A stretch of DNA of 33,138 nt from a virus (taxonomy: Duplodnaviria; Caudoviricetes). Below the pieces are notes generated by a model, which was given only the letters and a program-made list of their open reading frames with translations, did not search any database and had not been told where the DNA came from. The position numbers and the translations under genes are program-made. The DNA lies in IMG/VR virus record IMGVR_UViG_3300047564_002129, positions 1 through 33,138 of that record; one strand, 5' to 3'. This document shows positions 16,717-25,336 of this stretch, in pieces (position 1 is the stretch's first letter; each line of letters starts with the position of its first letter).

Positions 16717-17769
16717 TTATCCTAATATCAAAGCGAATCTAATCGCAATGTCGTTCGCTGTTGATTCAGAGACTGCACCAATTGTACCTGCAGGGCTGAC
16801 CCAGCCGCTACCGTCCCAAATTTCTAAAGCCTTTGAATCTGTATTATAACGTGTCATACCTTCTACAGCATAGGCAGTAGGACGTTCTCCAGTTGTTCCA
16901 ACTGGTGGTATAAATGCATTAGTACCATTAATTTTAAAATAGCCAGTACCAGTATGATTTATTTCTGTTATACCATTAGTTGCTGTATTTGTTATAGTGC
17001 TACCACTAATTGAAAAATCGCCAATCCTAACTGAACCAGTGCCGTTGGCATCAATGATTAAATCTTGTCCGGTTGTAGTAGAAATAGCATTATCAAATAA
17101 TTGAATATTCCCAACATTAAAACTACTTAAATTTAAATTAGTAGCAAAAATTCCCTGAGCATAGATATTTCTCCATTTGTAAGAAGAAGAACCTAGATCA
17201 TATGTTATATCACTTTCTGGTATTAAATCGCTCTGAATACTAGCATTAATCGTAATGCTGTCTGTTATGCTGTCACCAATGATTAAATTCCCGCCAATTG
17301 TAATATTGCCTTGCGCTGTAATATTTCCGCTTACTGATAAATTTCCTGTAATATCAGTAGAAGACAAAATATCAACTATGCCGGTGCCGTTGGTTCTCAA
17401 TTCTAAGTTTGCATTAGAACTAATAGTAGAAATAGAGTTTCCGTCTAATTCTAAATCATTAACAATTAATCTGGAATGGTATGCTGTGGCTTCACCGGCT
17501 GCTGCAACAAAGCTGATTGTTTGAAGATTGCTGCTAATGGTGTTACCAGTGATGTTAAAGTTACCAATGTTTAATTGGTTGGTAATCTCTAAATCTGTTG
17601 TTCTTGTTGTACCTACTACGTCTAGGTCGTATTGAGGAGTAGCCGTGTTTATACCGATGCGCCCTGGATCAACATCAAGATAGAGTAGGTTCGTCTCAAA
17701 AGCTAAATCAATTCCGTCTCGTACGAGATTAGCCTTTAAGAGCGGACCGGAAATACGACCAATCGCCAT
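16717..17769 (-). CDS. Fibre-like virion structural protein, paralog of 17904..18980
   Basis: 350 aa. GRISGPLL..NLVRDG N-terminus, I...TI.....N.DL.....GTG.V repeats, P.GTT.ERP..G.TRYNTD...E.WDG..W module and hydrophobic C-terminus. AGGAG SD. Confidence 0.75.
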   Translation of the reverse strand: MAIGRISGPLLKANLVRDGIDLAFETNLLYLDVDPGRIGINTATPQYDLDVVGTTRTTDLEITNQLNIGNFNITGNTISSNLQTISFVAAAGEATAYHSRLIVNDLELDGNSISTISSNANLELRTNGTGIVDILSSTDITGNLSVSGNITAQGNITIGGNLIIGDSITDSITINASIQSDLIPESDITYDLGSSSYKWRNIYAQGIFATNLNLSSFNVGNIQLFDNAISTTTGQDLIIDANGTGSVRIGDFSISGSTITNTATNGITEINHTGTGYFKINGTNAFIPPVGTTGERPTAYAVEGMTRYNTDSKALEIWDGSGWVSPAGTIGAVSESTANDIAIRFALILG

Positions 17770-17883
17770 CTGCTCTCCTAAATACCCCGTGTTTCACGGT
17801 TAACCGAATTCTCAGCTTTCGCTCTATGCTGGTTTACCACAGGTTGACCATAGGAAGGATTGGTCATCCTTCCTAATCACTAG
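17770..17883 (-). ncRNA. Candidate structured 5' leader RNA
   Basis: 10-bp perfect hairpin 17851-17875, AGC-GAAA-GCU hairpin 17814-17823 and CCGUG-AAA-CACGG hairpin 17787-17799, all between a TAAATA box and the SD. Confidence 0.5.
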
Positions 17884-17891
17884 TATTTAGT
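17884..17891 (-). promoter_or_regulatory. T4-late-type promoter (ACTAAATA)
   Basis: TAAATA core at the start of a 134-nt intergenic gap. Confidence 0.55.
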
Positions 17892-17903
17892 CAGATTAAG
17901 GAT

Positions 17904-18980
17904 TTAGCCGAAGACTAGGGTGTAAATGTGACCCAATTCTTCCATGACGGCCGGGGTTACAACAACGCCGCCGCCGGTGGCTACTTGCCATGTTGTGCCG
18001 TCAAAACATTCAAGATAGTCAAGGTCTGTATTCCAACGAGTTTCACCAATTTCTATTCCCGGTCTTTCAGCTGCTGTTCCGGCTGGAATTCTTATAGCAT
18101 TAGTATCTGTAATTGTTAGATAACCAGTACCTGTGTGAACCAAGACTAAATTTTGTGAAGCAGTATTATTAGTTATAGTTCCTTGATTGAATGTTAAACT
18201 TTCAATGGTGATATTACCTGTACTAGAATTTAATACAAGGTCATCGTTGCTCTGTATAGAAGTAATTGTATTACCAGAAATCTGCATTTGAGAGCTAATG
18301 ATAACAGAATTAGTTTGAATATTGTCTACCGCTGATAAATCTGCAACTCCCATTTCTGCCCATCGCTTATCTGATTTACCAAGATCGTATGCTAGTGTAG
18401 TTCCCGGTGTGATATTTTGAGAAAAATCAGGAGTAATAGTTACGGTATCGATAGGACTATCGCCTATTATAAATTGTCCGTTTAATTGAACGGTGCCAGC
18501 AGAGTTAATATTTCCTGTTACTCCTAAATTTCCAGTAATTGCCGTAGAAGCTAATATATCAACTTTTCCAGTACCGCTGGCATCTATTTCTAAATTTTGA
18601 TTTGAGTTAAGAGTTTGAATATAATTGTCTTTAAGTTCTAGATCAGTGTTTAAAACTTTTCCATATTCTACATATGCATCAACGCCTGTTGGTGCGATGA
18701 TAATAGGACCAACGGTGGTAGTGATTGTGCCGTTGGTGTTAAAAATTATATTATCAATTTCTGCTCGTGTTCCGTTAACTATACCGTTGGTAAATTTTGC
18801 CGTAGAGTTAATATCTAAATCCACATCAGGAACGCTAACATTAATTCCTAATTTTCTTTCATTAACTTCTAAAACCAGTAAGTCAGGATCTACGGCAGCA
18901 TTTCTGAATGTAAGATTAACTCCGTCCCTAACTAGATTGTTTAATAGTAATGGTCCAGAAATGCGGCCTAGTTGTGACAT
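17904..18980 (-). CDS. Fibre-like virion structural protein, paralog of 16717..17769
   Basis: 358 aa, MSQLGRISGPLLLNNLVRDG..., IRIPAGTAAERP..GETRWNTD..LECFDGTTW, ends IYTLVFG. Confidence 0.75.
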   Translation of the reverse strand: MSQLGRISGPLLLNNLVRDGVNLTFRNAAVDPDLLVLEVNERKLGINVSVPDVDLDINSTAKFTNGIVNGTRAEIDNIIFNTNGTITTTVGPIIIAPTGVDAYVEYGKVLNTDLELKDNYIQTLNSNQNLEIDASGTGKVDILASTAITGNLGVTGNINSAGTVQLNGQFIIGDSPIDTVTITPDFSQNITPGTTLAYDLGKSDKRWAEMGVADLSAVDNIQTNSVIISSQMQISGNTITSIQSNDDLVLNSSTGNITIESLTFNQGTITNNTASQNLVLVHTGTGYLTITDTNAIRIPAGTAAERPGIEIGETRWNTDLDYLECFDGTTWQVATGGGVVVTPAVMEELGHIYTLVFG

Positions 18981-18982
18981 AA

Positions 18983-19507
18983 TTAGTTTGCGTATCCAAA
19001 GAATATTGTAACATACTTGTCTGTAGGAACCGGACTAGTAAACACAATTCTAGTATCTCCTATAGTTCCACCGTAATCATATGTTAGATTAAAGTTAGTA
19101 TCTGAAATTTGCATAACGTTTTCAACTAACACTATGATATTATTTTCAGAACTAGGAATTTGATCTAGTGGTCCAAATGTTGTTTCGACATCGTCGCCAG
19201 GTCCTAACGTTTGTTTTTGTATTGCTGCAGACCCTGGGGCTTTAACGACTTCCCATACTCCACCAATATATGCTTCTAATCCAATTTCATTAATACCGTC
19301 TGGTCCTAGACTGGTATTATATCTTATGAATCCATTTCCGCCGTTAGGGGTGCGCACTCCGCTTAATTGTGGACGTTGTATTGTAGTACCTTTTGGTAGT
19401 CGCAATGCTCCGGTAAGATCCATAACGGCTCTTCCGTAATGATTAGTAAACAACGTATTGTCGCTGGGACTAAATTTGCTAAGTGTTTTCTGTTTTAAGA
19501 ATTTCAT
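18983..19507 (-). CDS. Virion structural protein
   Basis: 174 aa. The ALRLPKGTTIQRP..GFIRYNT..LEAYIGGVW module is shared with the 350- and 358-aa proteins. C-terminal IIVLVENVMQ...F......IVFTSP.P domain. ATGA overlap with the upstream gene. Confidence 0.7.
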   Translation of the reverse strand: MKFLKQKTLSKFSPSDNTLFTNHYGRAVMDLTGALRLPKGTTIQRPQLSGVRTPNGGNGFIRYNTSLGPDGINEIGLEAYIGGVWEVVKAPGSAAIQKQTLGPGDDVETTFGPLDQIPSSENNIIVLVENVMQISDTNFNLTYDYGGTIGDTRIVFTSPVPTDKYVTIFFGYAN

Positions 19508-19872
19508 ACTGGTAACGAACTCACGGTTATACTTAATAAGTTAGCGGCACTAGCAGTTGCTCTAATTTGATCTCCAGAATTTAAAACTATTCTTTCATCA
19601 CTGAAAAATACCGTTTCTCCTGCAGGAACAATTAAATTTTTTACAATAGTATTGGTATTGCTGCTAACACCTCCACTGATAACTAAATTTAAAGTTAATG
19701 TCGAACTATTAATCGTTTCGTCTGTTAAGTTTGGCGTTCCTGTATTACAAACTATAATACAAGTCACAGCATTTGTTTGTCCACTAACACCCGGGCCAAT
19801 AGGAGCTCCTGTTGTGCTGCTAGTATAAACTAATGTGTCGCCAGTGGTAGTTAATTGTGTGCTGTATATCAT
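19504..19872 (-). CDS. Small beta-rich virion protein (paralog family)
   Basis: 122 aa, LVYTS...AVTCIIVCN...IVPAGET....ERIVLNSGDQIRATAS..LSITVS. Confidence 0.7.
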   Translation of the reverse strand: MIYSTQLTTTGDTLVYTSSTTGAPIGPGVSGQTNAVTCIIVCNTGTPNLTDETINSSTLTLNLVISGGVSSNTNTIVKNLIVPAGETVFFSDERIVLNSGDQIRATASAANLLSITVSSLPV

Positions 19873-19882
19873 TTGTTATCTC

Positions 19883-20890
19883 TTAAAATATCATGCTAAA
19901 AACTAATGCTTTGTTTTTGCTAATTAGCTCGTCATTCTTTATAGTGTTTGTAAAATACAAACCAGTTGTGCCAACTCCAACAGATCCTCCATAAATTAAA
20001 CTACTATTAGCTACAGAAGCAGGTGTTGCTCCGTGATTGTTAAATTGCATAGCATAAGTAATTTCAACTTTTCCTGTGCCGTTTGTTTCAAGTTTAATAT
20101 TTGCGTTAGTGTTAATTGTTTGAATAACAGCCGCATCGGGAATCAACGGATTAGCAGGTGTTGGATCTTCTGTAAAAAATGTAACTCCTGCTAGCTGTAC
20201 TCTATTAGAAAAGAATTGACCTACAATATTATCATCTACAACTACAGAAATTAAACTTTCGCTAGGTTGAACAAAATAAGGACCTATCGGAAACAACAAC
20301 GGATCAACTGGGCTACCTATGTCAAACGCTACGGTCCTAGTATCACCTCTTAAAATTTGAAAGGTTGGGTTAGTTTGAATAGCATTATCAACATATGCTT
20401 TATTAGGAACGTCATCGTCGTCTGTAACTTGTAGTTCGTAGGCCGTAGTTCCCTTTACTGATAATACCCCAGTTCCTGTTCCGATTAAGGTTAAATCCCC
20501 AGTTCTATTTGTATTAGGATTTAAAGTATCGCTGTCAGTTAACAGCTCTGTTAATCGTAACTTACTAGGCAAAAATCCTGTGCCTGTTTTTATGTTCCAG
20601 CTATCATCACTTTCGTTATAGACAAAGAACGTAGGATCTAAAGTTCCTCTATCAATTTGAATGCCGGCAGTACCTAAAGTAACACCGGCACCAGTTTCAC
20701 CATAGTTTAAAGTGATTATATTATCTTGAACGTTTAAGTTTTCGGCAGAAACGGTTAATGTATCACCGTCAACAAGCAAATTACCAGTTACTCTTACTTC
20801 CCCAACACCGGGCCCGGTATCTAAGGTAATTGTTTTACCTTCACCGGTTTTGATGTTATAGTCGCCGTTGACCTGTAGATATTGTCCCAT
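19883..20890 (-). CDS. Fibre-like virion structural protein
   Basis: 335 aa, VTGNLLVDG..VQDNIITLNYGE..AGIQIDRG motif, VPNKAYVD, ends SKNKALVFSMIF. Confidence 0.7.
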   Translation of the reverse strand: MGQYLQVNGDYNIKTGEGKTITLDTGPGVGEVRVTGNLLVDGDTLTVSAENLNVQDNIITLNYGETGAGVTLGTAGIQIDRGTLDPTFFVYNESDDSWNIKTGTGFLPSKLRLTELLTDSDTLNPNTNRTGDLTLIGTGTGVLSVKGTTAYELQVTDDDDVPNKAYVDNAIQTNPTFQILRGDTRTVAFDIGSPVDPLLFPIGPYFVQPSESLISVVVDDNIVGQFFSNRVQLAGVTFFTEDPTPANPLIPDAAVIQTINTNANIKLETNGTGKVEITYAMQFNNHGATPASVANSSLIYGGSVGVGTTGLYFTNTIKNDELISKNKALVFSMIF

Positions 20891-20903
20891 ACCAACCCTT
20901 AAA

Positions 20904-21296
20904 TTAGATTGCTGTTAAAATTAATAATGTTTGCGATGAATCGTCTGTTAATGTCCACTTATATCGAACACCATTAAAGTCTGTAGCAATTTTGTTTGTT
21001 AACTTTCGAAGAGTAATCGGAGATCCATTTAGTATTCCTACTAAAGTTGCTTCGCCGTTATTTACTGGATCACTATTAGTGCCCTGTACTAGTTTGCATC
21101 TTACATTAGCTGCTGGAGGCGAAACGTTATCAGCATTGCATAGAAATGTCCTAGCACCTTTTTGTCTAGCGATATAGCCTTCTAATACCGAGCCATCTGT
21201 TTTAAATCTAATTGGAAGATTATTTCCTGTAAGTAATCCTGTTCCTGTTCCTGTGCCTACTGAACCAAACCATCTTTTATTAATTGGGCGTCCCAT
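20904..21296 (-). CDS. Conserved-looking hypothetical protein, probably structural
   Basis: 130 aa, MGRPINKRWFG..GYIARQKG..F. Strong AAGGAG SD and its own late promoter. Confidence 0.7.
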   Translation of the reverse strand: MGRPINKRWFGSVGTGTGTGLLTGNNLPIRFKTDGSVLEGYIARQKGARTFLCNADNVSPPAANVRCKLVQGTNSDPVNNGEATLVGILNGSPITLRKLTNKIATDFNGVRYKWTLTDDSSQTLLILTAI

Positions 21297-21373
21297 TTGT
21301 TTCTCCTTAAATTTGACGTTTTAGGTCTACGCAGAGGGATTCTGCATAAATCTGTATCTATTGTTAGATATAA
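21297..21373 (-). ncRNA. Candidate structured 5' leader RNA
   Basis: Hairpins UAUCUA-ACAA-UAGAUA (21355-21370) and UUUAUGCAGA-AUCCC-UCUGCGUAGA (21326-21350). The two G-U pairs in the second hairpin work only on the minus strand. Confidence 0.45.
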
Positions 21374-21381
21374 TATTTATC
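21374..21381 (-). promoter_or_regulatory. T4-late-type promoter (GATAAATA) overlapping the GT25 stop codon
   Basis: ATAAATA immediately 5' of the structured leader. Confidence 0.6.
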
Positions 21382-22051
21382 CTTCTAGTGCATTATTAAA
21401 ATTGTAAGTAGTGCTCAGTTCTGTAACTCTTCCAATATAAACTTCATCTAATCTAACAATGGTAGCTGTCACTGATACTATATCAACTATATTTGTTCCT
21501 ACAAACATATCTACAGGTATAGCTCCAACATGTTTTGCGTGATGTATTAGTTTCTCTGCTCCGCTAGGCTTTATTAAATATCCATAATAACCAACGTAAA
21601 ATCTGCCTGTGATTAGATTTTGAAATTCAGTAATTGGTTTTTCAAATTTTATATCGCATGAGATGCTAGAAGAAATTTGAGTTTCGTAGGTTGGATCCCA
21701 ATGCCTGAATGCTTCTAGTCTACAAACATCTGTAAAATTTTGTTCTATATTATTAGGCAACGGCCTTACAAATACTCCGTCGTGCTCTAAGATAGCAATA
21801 GTTTCATTTAATTCTATGCATTTTTTCCATAATAAAAAATGAGAAAGAAAACATCCTCGTTGTCCAATAGCACCTATTCCTCGAAATCCGTTTTTTACCT
21901 TGTGCTGTTTAAAAATATCTTTGCAATCATTGCCAGGAATACCGGAAAATAACTCAGCATCTAACCCAAAGCCCTTTGCTATGTTTATATTTTTACTTCC
22001 TAGTTCCTCGCCTAATTTATGGCCAGATAATACAATGTGGAATGACTTCAT
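21377..22051 (-). CDS. Glycosyltransferase family 25 protein
   Basis: 224 aa. GCFLSHFLLWKKC....IAILEHDG and YGYLIKPSGAEKLI....PVDMF match GT25 (Lex1/LgtB-type) signature motifs. Confidence 0.8.
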   Translation of the reverse strand: MKSFHIVLSGHKLGEELGSKNINIAKGFGLDAELFSGIPGNDCKDIFKQHKVKNGFRGIGAIGQRGCFLSHFLLWKKCIELNETIAILEHDGVFVRPLPNNIEQNFTDVCRLEAFRHWDPTYETQISSSISCDIKFEKPITEFQNLITGRFYVGYYGYLIKPSGAEKLIHHAKHVGAIPVDMFVGTNIVDIVSVTATIVRLDEVYIGRVTELSTTYNFNNALEG

Positions 22052-22052
22052 C

Positions 22053-22319
22053 TTATCTACTCAGCATAGCCATCAGCTCAATTTTTTCTACGGTGGCTAT
22101 GACTCTATTAATAGCATCAATTTCTAATTGGGCTTTTTCTAAGCAAGCCTTACTATGTGTTTGCCTATATTGTACCATTATAATGCTGTGATTTTGTATA
22201 TGTTTTTCCACAATGTGTTCAATTTGATTCACATCGTGTTTAAACATTGAAAAGCGTTTACGCCAAAGGTAAATCTGTTCTCTTAGTTTTGTAAAATCTT
22301 TTTCTGATTCTATCTTCAC
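22053..22319 (-). CDS. Hypothetical helical protein
   Basis: 88 aa, GTG start (uncertain); stop lies 1 nt before the GT25 ATG. Confidence 0.6.
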   Translation of the reverse strand: MKIESEKDFTKLREQIYLWRKRFSMFKHDVNQIEHIVEKHIQNHSIIMVQYRQTHSKACLEKAQLEIDAINRVIATVEKIELMAMLSR

Positions 22320-22323
22320 TAGA

Positions 22324-22331
22324 TATTTAAG
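22324..22331 (-). promoter_or_regulatory. T4-late-type promoter (CTTAAATA), 4 nt upstream of start codon
   Basis: Lies directly after the capsid terminator. Confidence 0.45.
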
Positions 22332-22336
22332 TCAAA

Positions 22337-22362
22337 CAAAAAGGACCCGAAGGTCCTTTTTG
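22337..22362 (-). terminator. Rho-independent terminator after the major capsid gene
   Basis: CAAAAAGGACC-TTCG-GGTCCTTTTTG with a C(UUCG)G tetraloop. U-tracts on both strands make it potentially bidirectional. Confidence 0.9.
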
Positions 22363-22383
22363 AATACAAAACATAAGTTTTGA

Positions 22384-23571
22384 TTAGGTAAACGAAACCT
22401 TGCTGTTGTCAATGGCAACGGTACCTAGGTAGTCTGCTGCGTTACCAAGAGACGAAGCAGTATTTGTTAACTCAACATAACCATAACGTGTCATGAAGCT
22501 AACTACTGGTTCGAATGTGCTTGGATCTAGAACAACACCACTGCTCATCAATGGAATGTATGGGCAATAGAATGCTGCTGCATCAGATTCGCTAGAACCT
22601 TTGTAACCGATAAGAACTTTATCAGTTGTTGACTCTAGTTCAGCATATGTGTTAACATAAACTTTCATTGCGCCATTCAAAGTACCAACCATCTTTGTGT
22701 TAGTTGGTGCTTCAAAAGTACCTTCTGTTGTTCTTGCGAACGCAGAAGTTGTAGCACTTTGAAGAATTGTCAATGCTGTTGGGCTAACAACTGCCCAGTT
22801 ACCAGCACCACGACGTGTACGCTGAGCGATTGTGTTACTTACACGGTTGATAGCAACTGCTAAAGCAGCGTGTTCATCACCAACGAAAGTAGCAGTACCG
22901 CTAACTGCGCTTTGATCGTAGTTAACATTGTTTTGTGTACCAGCTAATGTCTTAAGGCTACGTAGAACCTCTTGATCAATTTCAGCTGTAATTTCTTGAG
23001 CCAAAGCAGCCATGATTTCTGCTTCGATGTCAATGCCTTGTTGGGCTTGTGCATCTTGAGCAGCTTCAAACGTCCAACGAGCAGACAATTTACGTGTCTT
23101 AGCTTCGACGGTCTGTTTCAAGATTTGAATGCTTAGTCTGTTACCAGCAACACCTTCTTTAGCAGCAGTAGCGTCAGCCTTGCCGTTTGTGTTACCAGAA
23201 TAGCCTTCAGCAATCTTGAATGGGCTTAGTGCTTCTTCACCAGCACTTGCAGATCCACCTGCGCTACCTGTGAAGTTATCTGAATAACGAACACGTAGAG
23301 TGTGAATTTGACCAACTGGGCCAGTCATTGGCTGAACGCCAACTAATTCATTAGCGATGACCGTAGGCATCACACGTCTGATCACTGGAAGGATCACACG
23401 ATTTAGGGTTGCAACGTTACCGGCGGATGTAGCACCAGCACTAGCAGACTCTGCCAAATACTTGCGGGTATTTTCTAGAGTAGCTGCCATAACTGAACGC
23501 TTGTTACCTTGAAGACCTTCTAAAAGGGCGTCTTTGGTTTCCGACCAGCGTGACTCGAGTAGTTGTGACAT
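22384..23571 (-). CDS. gp23: Major capsid protein (T4 gp23-like)
   Basis: GVQPMTGPVGQI, TVEAKTRKLSARWT.EAAQD, EITAEIDQE, FYCPYIPL, FMTRYG motifs. N-terminal L-x-E candidate cleavage sites. Confidence 0.97.
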   Translation of the reverse strand: MSQLLESRWSETKDALLEGLQGNKRSVMAATLENTRKYLAESASAGATSAGNVATLNRVILPVIRRVMPTVIANELVGVQPMTGPVGQIHTLRVRYSDNFTGSAGGSASAGEEALSPFKIAEGYSGNTNGKADATAAKEGVAGNRLSIQILKQTVEAKTRKLSARWTFEAAQDAQAQQGIDIEAEIMAALAQEITAEIDQEVLRSLKTLAGTQNNVNYDQSAVSGTATFVGDEHAALAVAINRVSNTIAQRTRRGAGNWAVVSPTALTILQSATTSAFARTTEGTFEAPTNTKMVGTLNGAMKVYVNTYAELESTTDKVLIGYKGSSESDAAAFYCPYIPLMSSGVVLDPSTFEPVVSFMTRYGYVELTNTASSLGNAADYLGTVAIDNSKVSFT

Positions 23572-23583
23572 TATAGTTTCTCC

Positions 23584-24678
23584 TTAAACTTTAAGTCCCG
23601 CAAGCCTGCGGATGTCAAAAATTTCAGCGGTTTTTTCTTCGTTACCGCCAATTGCTTGTGCCTGTTTATCGCCTGTAATTTCTTTGCCTTCTGTTAATGC
23701 TTTCTTCGCCGGTTTGCCACCATCCATTACAGCTGGTAGGTATTTGTCGAAAGAATTACGTAGTTTGTCAGTTTGAACTGATTCAAGCAGTTCACGCATA
23801 ACTCCACGCTTATCGCCGGACAATGGACTCAACAATTCGCTCATAACTTCCTTGCGAGTTGCAACGTCCTTAGCGATGCGTAGTTCTGCATCACGACTTT
23901 CTACTAATTTTTGTGCTTCTGCAACAACCTTTGCTGCTTCTTCTAATTCTTGTTCTTTCTGAGAAACAACTTTAAGAAGTTTTGCAGTTTCGGATTTTTC
24001 ATTTAAATGACTTGCAGCATATTCGCTGGCAAAACTTTCAAAAATTCTACGTCCAAAATCATTTTTACGTGCTGCTTCAATGTCTTCACGCAACTGAACC
24101 ATTTCAGATTTAAGTCCTTTAGTGACCGTTTCTTCAATGATTTTAGCTGAACGTGCAATAAAATCCTTCTTGATAGATTCAAATTTAGCTTTGCTTTCGC
24201 GAACTAGGCGTACCTTAGTTTCAGCTAAATCTTTCTTATCAGCGTGGAATTCTGCGATTTCCTTCGCTAGTGCATCCACTATGAAAGACTCTAATTTACC
24301 GACATTTCCTGCAACCGACTTGCGATCTTCGTGTAGTTCAGCTAATTCTTTACGTAGATTAGATAACACAAAAGATTCTAAGGCTTTAGTATCTTGTTGC
24401 ATTTTTTCTACATAACGTGCTTTAGCTTCAATAAGTCCTTGGCGATCTTCAGCCAGCTCTACTAGCTCTGCCTGTAGGCGATCAGCTAACATTGCTTCAA
24501 CGGCTTCAACCATTGCAGTCTTATCGTGCTCATACTTTTGAGCAAATTCTTCACGTAGTTCGGAAGTGACTTGGTCACGATTTTCTTGAATTCTGCTTTG
24601 CCAAGCAGATTCAATTTCCGATTTGATTTCTTCGGAAATCACATTGTTCTCAAACAATTGTTTTACGATGTCTAGCAT
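23584..24678 (-). CDS. gp22: Prohead core scaffold protein (T4 gp22-like)
   Basis: 364-aa coiled coil between protease and capsid genes; N.FGRRIFESFASE motif. Confidence 0.85.
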   Translation of the reverse strand: MLDIVKQLFENNVISEEIKSEIESAWQSRIQENRDQVTSELREEFAQKYEHDKTAMVEAVEAMLADRLQAELVELAEDRQGLIEAKARYVEKMQQDTKALESFVLSNLRKELAELHEDRKSVAGNVGKLESFIVDALAKEIAEFHADKKDLAETKVRLVRESKAKFESIKKDFIARSAKIIEETVTKGLKSEMVQLREDIEAARKNDFGRRIFESFASEYAASHLNEKSETAKLLKVVSQKEQELEEAAKVVAEAQKLVESRDAELRIAKDVATRKEVMSELLSPLSGDKRGVMRELLESVQTDKLRNSFDKYLPAVMDGGKPAKKALTEGKEITGDKQAQAIGGNEEKTAEIFDIRRLAGLKV

Positions 24679-24694
24679 GTGATTCTCCTACTTG

Positions 24695-25324
24695 TTATTT
24701 GAGACCCCTGATGATCTTCACCAGACTCTCTGCTAGGTACTTCTGTGCCTTTGGGTCGCCTTTAACTTCTTGTGCTATTTTAAATGCCTTATATCCACCT
24801 GTATTATTCATCAAGTGCTCATAAACTGGGGTAGGGTAAGCTCCTGGAGCTGAAGGTTGGGCTACTACGTCAACGGTAATAATTTCAAAACCTTGAACAT
24901 TGCCATTGCTATCAACTTCTCCAGATCCTCTACTACTTACACCTAATTTAACTCCCGACTGCAACATGGTCGTTACTAGTTGACCCATTGGAGTGGGAAT
25001 TAATTTAAGTTTTCCGTAGCCGTTAGGACCGTCCATCCACATCTTGGTAATCATATGACTAACACGATCTAGATTGATTTTTAAATCCTGTGGGTGATCA
25101 ACTTCTCCAAGCACAGAGTATCCACCAGCGATCTGCTCGTTGAGCGTTTTGACAGCCTTGCCAATTTCTTGAGAAGAATAAACACGTTGATTTGCATTGC
25201 GGATGTCTCCTTGAATGCAAATACCGTTTAAATGCAGACTCTTATTACCGTCTGCACCTTCTTCGCTCTCCAAGACAATCTTGGCCTGATCGAAACTTAA
25301 ATGTTCGCTTAGGTTAGTTTTCAC
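24695..25324 (-). CDS. gp21: Prohead protease (T4 gp21-like)
   Basis: GICIQGDIRNANQRVY, GEVDHP, INLDRVSH, LGVSSRGSG, DVVAQPSAPGAY. GTG start. Confidence 0.95.
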   Translation of the reverse strand: MKTNLSEHLSFDQAKIVLESEEGADGNKSLHLNGICIQGDIRNANQRVYSSQEIGKAVKTLNEQIAGGYSVLGEVDHPQDLKINLDRVSHMITKMWMDGPNGYGKLKLIPTPMGQLVTTMLQSGVKLGVSSRGSGEVDSNGNVQGFEIITVDVVAQPSAPGAYPTPVYEHLMNNTGGYKAFKIAQEVKGDPKAQKYLAESLVKIIRGLK

Positions 25325-25336
25325 TTAATTGTCCTA

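Noticed and set aside
17787-17845. Hammerhead ribozyme or c-di-GMP-I riboswitch identity for the leader
   Set aside because: CUGAGAA does not fit CUGANGA, and GGUAAACC..GAAA resembles the GEMM motif only superficially, without its second-stem consensus.
571-24415. Numerous short plus-strand and alternative-frame ORFs in the track (e.g. 1612..2133, 3519..3917, 18625..19011, 24122..24415)
   Set aside because: They overlap well-supported genes and have no independent motifs or expression signals.
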